A stretch of DNA of 64,000 nt from Balamuthia mandrillaris (Eukaryota), in contig JAVKOQ020000096.1 of the NCBI GenBank assembly GCA_031835245.2, positions 1 to 64,000 on the forward strand, given 5' to 3'. Both the position numbers and the translations under genes were made by a program. Below are positions 61,360-64,000 of this stretch, piece after piece; within the stretch, counting starts at the first letter, position 1, and each line of letters begins with the position of its first letter. The notes below the pieces were generated by a model. It was not told the DNA's origin. It searched no databases and saw only the letters and a list, made by a program, of their open reading frames with translations.

Positions 61360-62060
61360 CCTCTCTCACATCTAAAATCTCATCCCAGATATTTTGTGTA
61401 CACAGTGGACTATCCCCATACATTGATAGCATAGACCAGCTCCACCAGTTGGACCGAACCGACACATCAAGTACGGAAGGACCAATGGTGGATCTTCTCT
61501 GGAGCGAGCCAGATGACAGAACGGGGTGGGGCCTTATGCTCAGCGGAAACAGCAGCTATACATTTGGGGAGGATGTATCTAAGCGGTTTAACCAAGAGAA
61601 CGGATTATCTTTCATCGTGAGAAGTCACCAAATTGTATATGAGGTATCCCCTCTGCCTGTTCGTCATCTTATTCTTATGGCCTAATGCACAACCCTCCAA
61701 AATGAAAGGGTGTTCAATGGCTTCACGACCACCACGTGCTCTCCATTTTCAGCGCACCAAACACTCGTCAGTGTTACAACGAAGCTGTCTTCGTGCAGTT
61801 TGATGAACACTTGCAACCCAACGTGTGCGTATTTTTTGTCTTCTTGTTCACCTAACCATTCTCTTCTGGTGTTGCTAATAATGGTTTCTCTTTACCTCAA
61901 AAAAAAAAAAACAAGTGTTACATTTGATGCAGCCCCAAAGCCTGGCCTGCGCTCCACGAAGTGGATTCCAGCCTATTTCTCGCAAACCACAACCACCACG
62001 ACAGTGACAAACGAGCGAGATGCAAAGCTGTTTAGCGTTGGCGCTACCATGGTCACTTGA
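60484..62060 (+). CDS. PP2A/PP4/PP6-like PPP-family protein with degenerate catalytic motifs
   Basis: EPNV...[40 protein letters not shown] and FSAP. Confidence 0.88.
60965..61080. repeat. (TTCTTG)n intronic microsatellite
   Basis: Visible hexamer array. Confidence 0.95.
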
Positions 62061-62143
62061 ACAGAAAGCGGAACTGAGTCTTTGTTTCTGTTTGTCGGCG
62101 AAGATGGAAGCGGAGAAAGAAAAATGCAACAGAAAAAAAGGTT

Positions 62144-63989
62144 TTAAGAGGATCGAGAGCTCCATCCACCACTTCCTTTTTGCATCATCTTTCCGTCCAT
62201 TATCAAACACCTATGGTTTAACACAAAAAACGACTTTGTTATAAAAGAGAGAAACAAAACGAGATAGAGAGAGTGCGCATAAGATCCGAAGAAGAAAACG
62301 TACCACTGTCCATTTTGGATTATCCAAGTTATTTGCTTACCAGCCTCACGCGCCATTTTAGCGTACTTGCTCTTCCCATGCTTGTTTTGCTGCACAAAAG
62401 TGATTCCCTGAATACGAACGAATCGACACGAGGCCTTTCCTGCCCTTATTTCGTATTTCTCTCCTCCTACTTCCACATACTCCTTTTCTCCAGTGGAGGA
62501 GGAGGAAGAGGCAGGGGAAGAGGAAGAGGAAGAATATGAAGTAGAAGAAGAAGAATGAAGTTTGTGATGGATGTGAAGCAGGTCGGCTTTGGATAGAGAC
62601 ATCTCTTTCAGAGAGGGAGTGAGGAAGACGTGAGTTTCGTCATGGCCGGAAGAAGATTGCGTCAATAGGTTGCCTAAGCGATCCAATTGACCACCAGCTG
62701 TCTCTCCATAAACTATCTCCAATATTGTATCTGTTCGTTTAAAAATAAATAAATAAAAGCATACAGAGAGAAGAGAGAGGATAAGGAAACAGAGATAGAG
62801 AGATAGATAGAGAGAGAGAGAGAGAGAGAGCGAGCAAGTTACCAGCAATAGTTGAAAAGTCATTCATGGTGAGATAGTGACCATCACTACGAGAGGCCAA
62901 CGTCCGGAAGAACTGTTCCGGTTGAAGCGGTTCCTGCTGCCAATAATCCGTCGTACTTAGCGCATGCACAGCATAAATCTTGATTTCCTTCTCCACAAGC
63001 TCCTCCAACTCTTTTGTCCAGTCGATTCGATTCAAGTTCCAACGGGAGTTTTGGTAGTGAGGAATGTCGTCTCCAATGATGACAAACGCTTTGCGACTTT
63101 CGGTTTTGGAACGCCAGCTCATTTGGTTGGTTGCTTGCATCGCATATTCGTAACATTCTCCTGTTTTTTTGTTTTGCATATTTGTCATAAGTCGTGAAGA
63201 AGTGAAGCTAACAGAAAATGAACAAACGAACCAACATCCGAGCCACCCCAAGTAGGTTTGCTCTCGCGGATGAACTTACAAAGTTGATTAATGTCTTGGG
63301 ATAAATCCAAAGATCTTAACACGTAAGAGGGTTCTCCGTTCACTAAAACATTCGCATCGCAGTAATCTCCATGTGCTATTAAGCCTATTCTCACATCTAC
63401 AGTAAAGGAGTGAGTTACCTCATACAAGCAAAGAAAGAGGGGAATAAGAAGGAGAACGGCACGAACTTGGGACGTCGCTGAGGAGGCGAGTGACAGTGGC
63501 CTCGACGTTGCGTTTGACTTCTTCCAGATAAGAATACATGCTTCCAGTTGTGTCGAAGCTGAACACAATATCCAATGCTCCCGTTCCGGCTTGCTCATTT
63601 TTCAACTCGATTACTCCTATTTGTTATTTATTTATAAGTAAGAGGAGGAGGAGGAGGAGGGAGAAACAAGAGAGACACAAACCATCATGACAAGTACAAG
63701 AAGGAGTTGCTCTGTTTCGTTTAAGGGGGCGAGAACTGCTGTCTGCAGCATCTCTCTTTCGCTTTATGACCCAATTCATTGGCTTCAAAAAAATTGTCAG
63801 TAACATAACAAAAAAAATAAATAACAAGAAGAGAAACAAGACGGAAGTCGGGAGAAGCAAGAAGAATAAGAGAGAAGAAAGTATAAGTACAATCTGCAAG
63901 AAATTGGTGAAGGCACTTGCTGCAGTGTACAGAGTGCTCAATCCATGTTTCGACGTTTGGTCTGATGACGAAGACGATGCTTCTTCCAT
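62144..63989 (-). CDS. vWA-domain protein with an N-terminal TM segment, multi-exon
   Basis: DIVFSFDTTGSM (MIDAS-like), AHGDYCD, ECYEYA and IIGDDIPH. Confidence 0.8.
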
Positions 63990-64000
63990 TTTAACGACTG

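Overview
This is gene-dense, intron-rich eukaryotic DNA with GT-AG introns full of CT/GA microsatellites. The 5S rRNA closely resembles Acanthamoeba-type 5S as I recall it, so the source is probably an amoebozoan (Acanthamoeba/Balamuthia relative; inference). Positions 1-4300 hold decayed transposons (gag-like, SWIM/MULE-like, Harbinger-like). The rest holds about 30 protein genes: ThrE/Prm10 exporter, ABCC transporter, EF-hand-CLN5 fusion, CDGSH protein, Ras-PH, DXO/Rai1, Cdc15/SepA-like kinase, P5CS, RhoGAP, Dug3, nucleoredoxin, OsmC, GcvR-like, Myb, OTU, truncated globin, SLC35B, AP-1 sigma, HPt, Trf4/TENT4, PPP-like, vWA and several small hydrophilic orphans. The most unusual region is 38.26-40.37 kb. 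There, a CENP-B/pogo-type HTH gene without a catalytic domain sits between two convergent, intact 5S rRNA genes. A third 5S copy is 3'-truncated, and two copies are preceded by roughly 37-nt-period arrays of degenerate 5S 5'-end copies. Other highlights are a duplicated structured RNA motif in probable 5'-UTR introns of Dug3, a CLN5 homolog with EF-hands and no signal peptide, and several apparent pseudoenzymes. All gene models were spliced by eye and all family calls come from remembered motifs; no searches were run.
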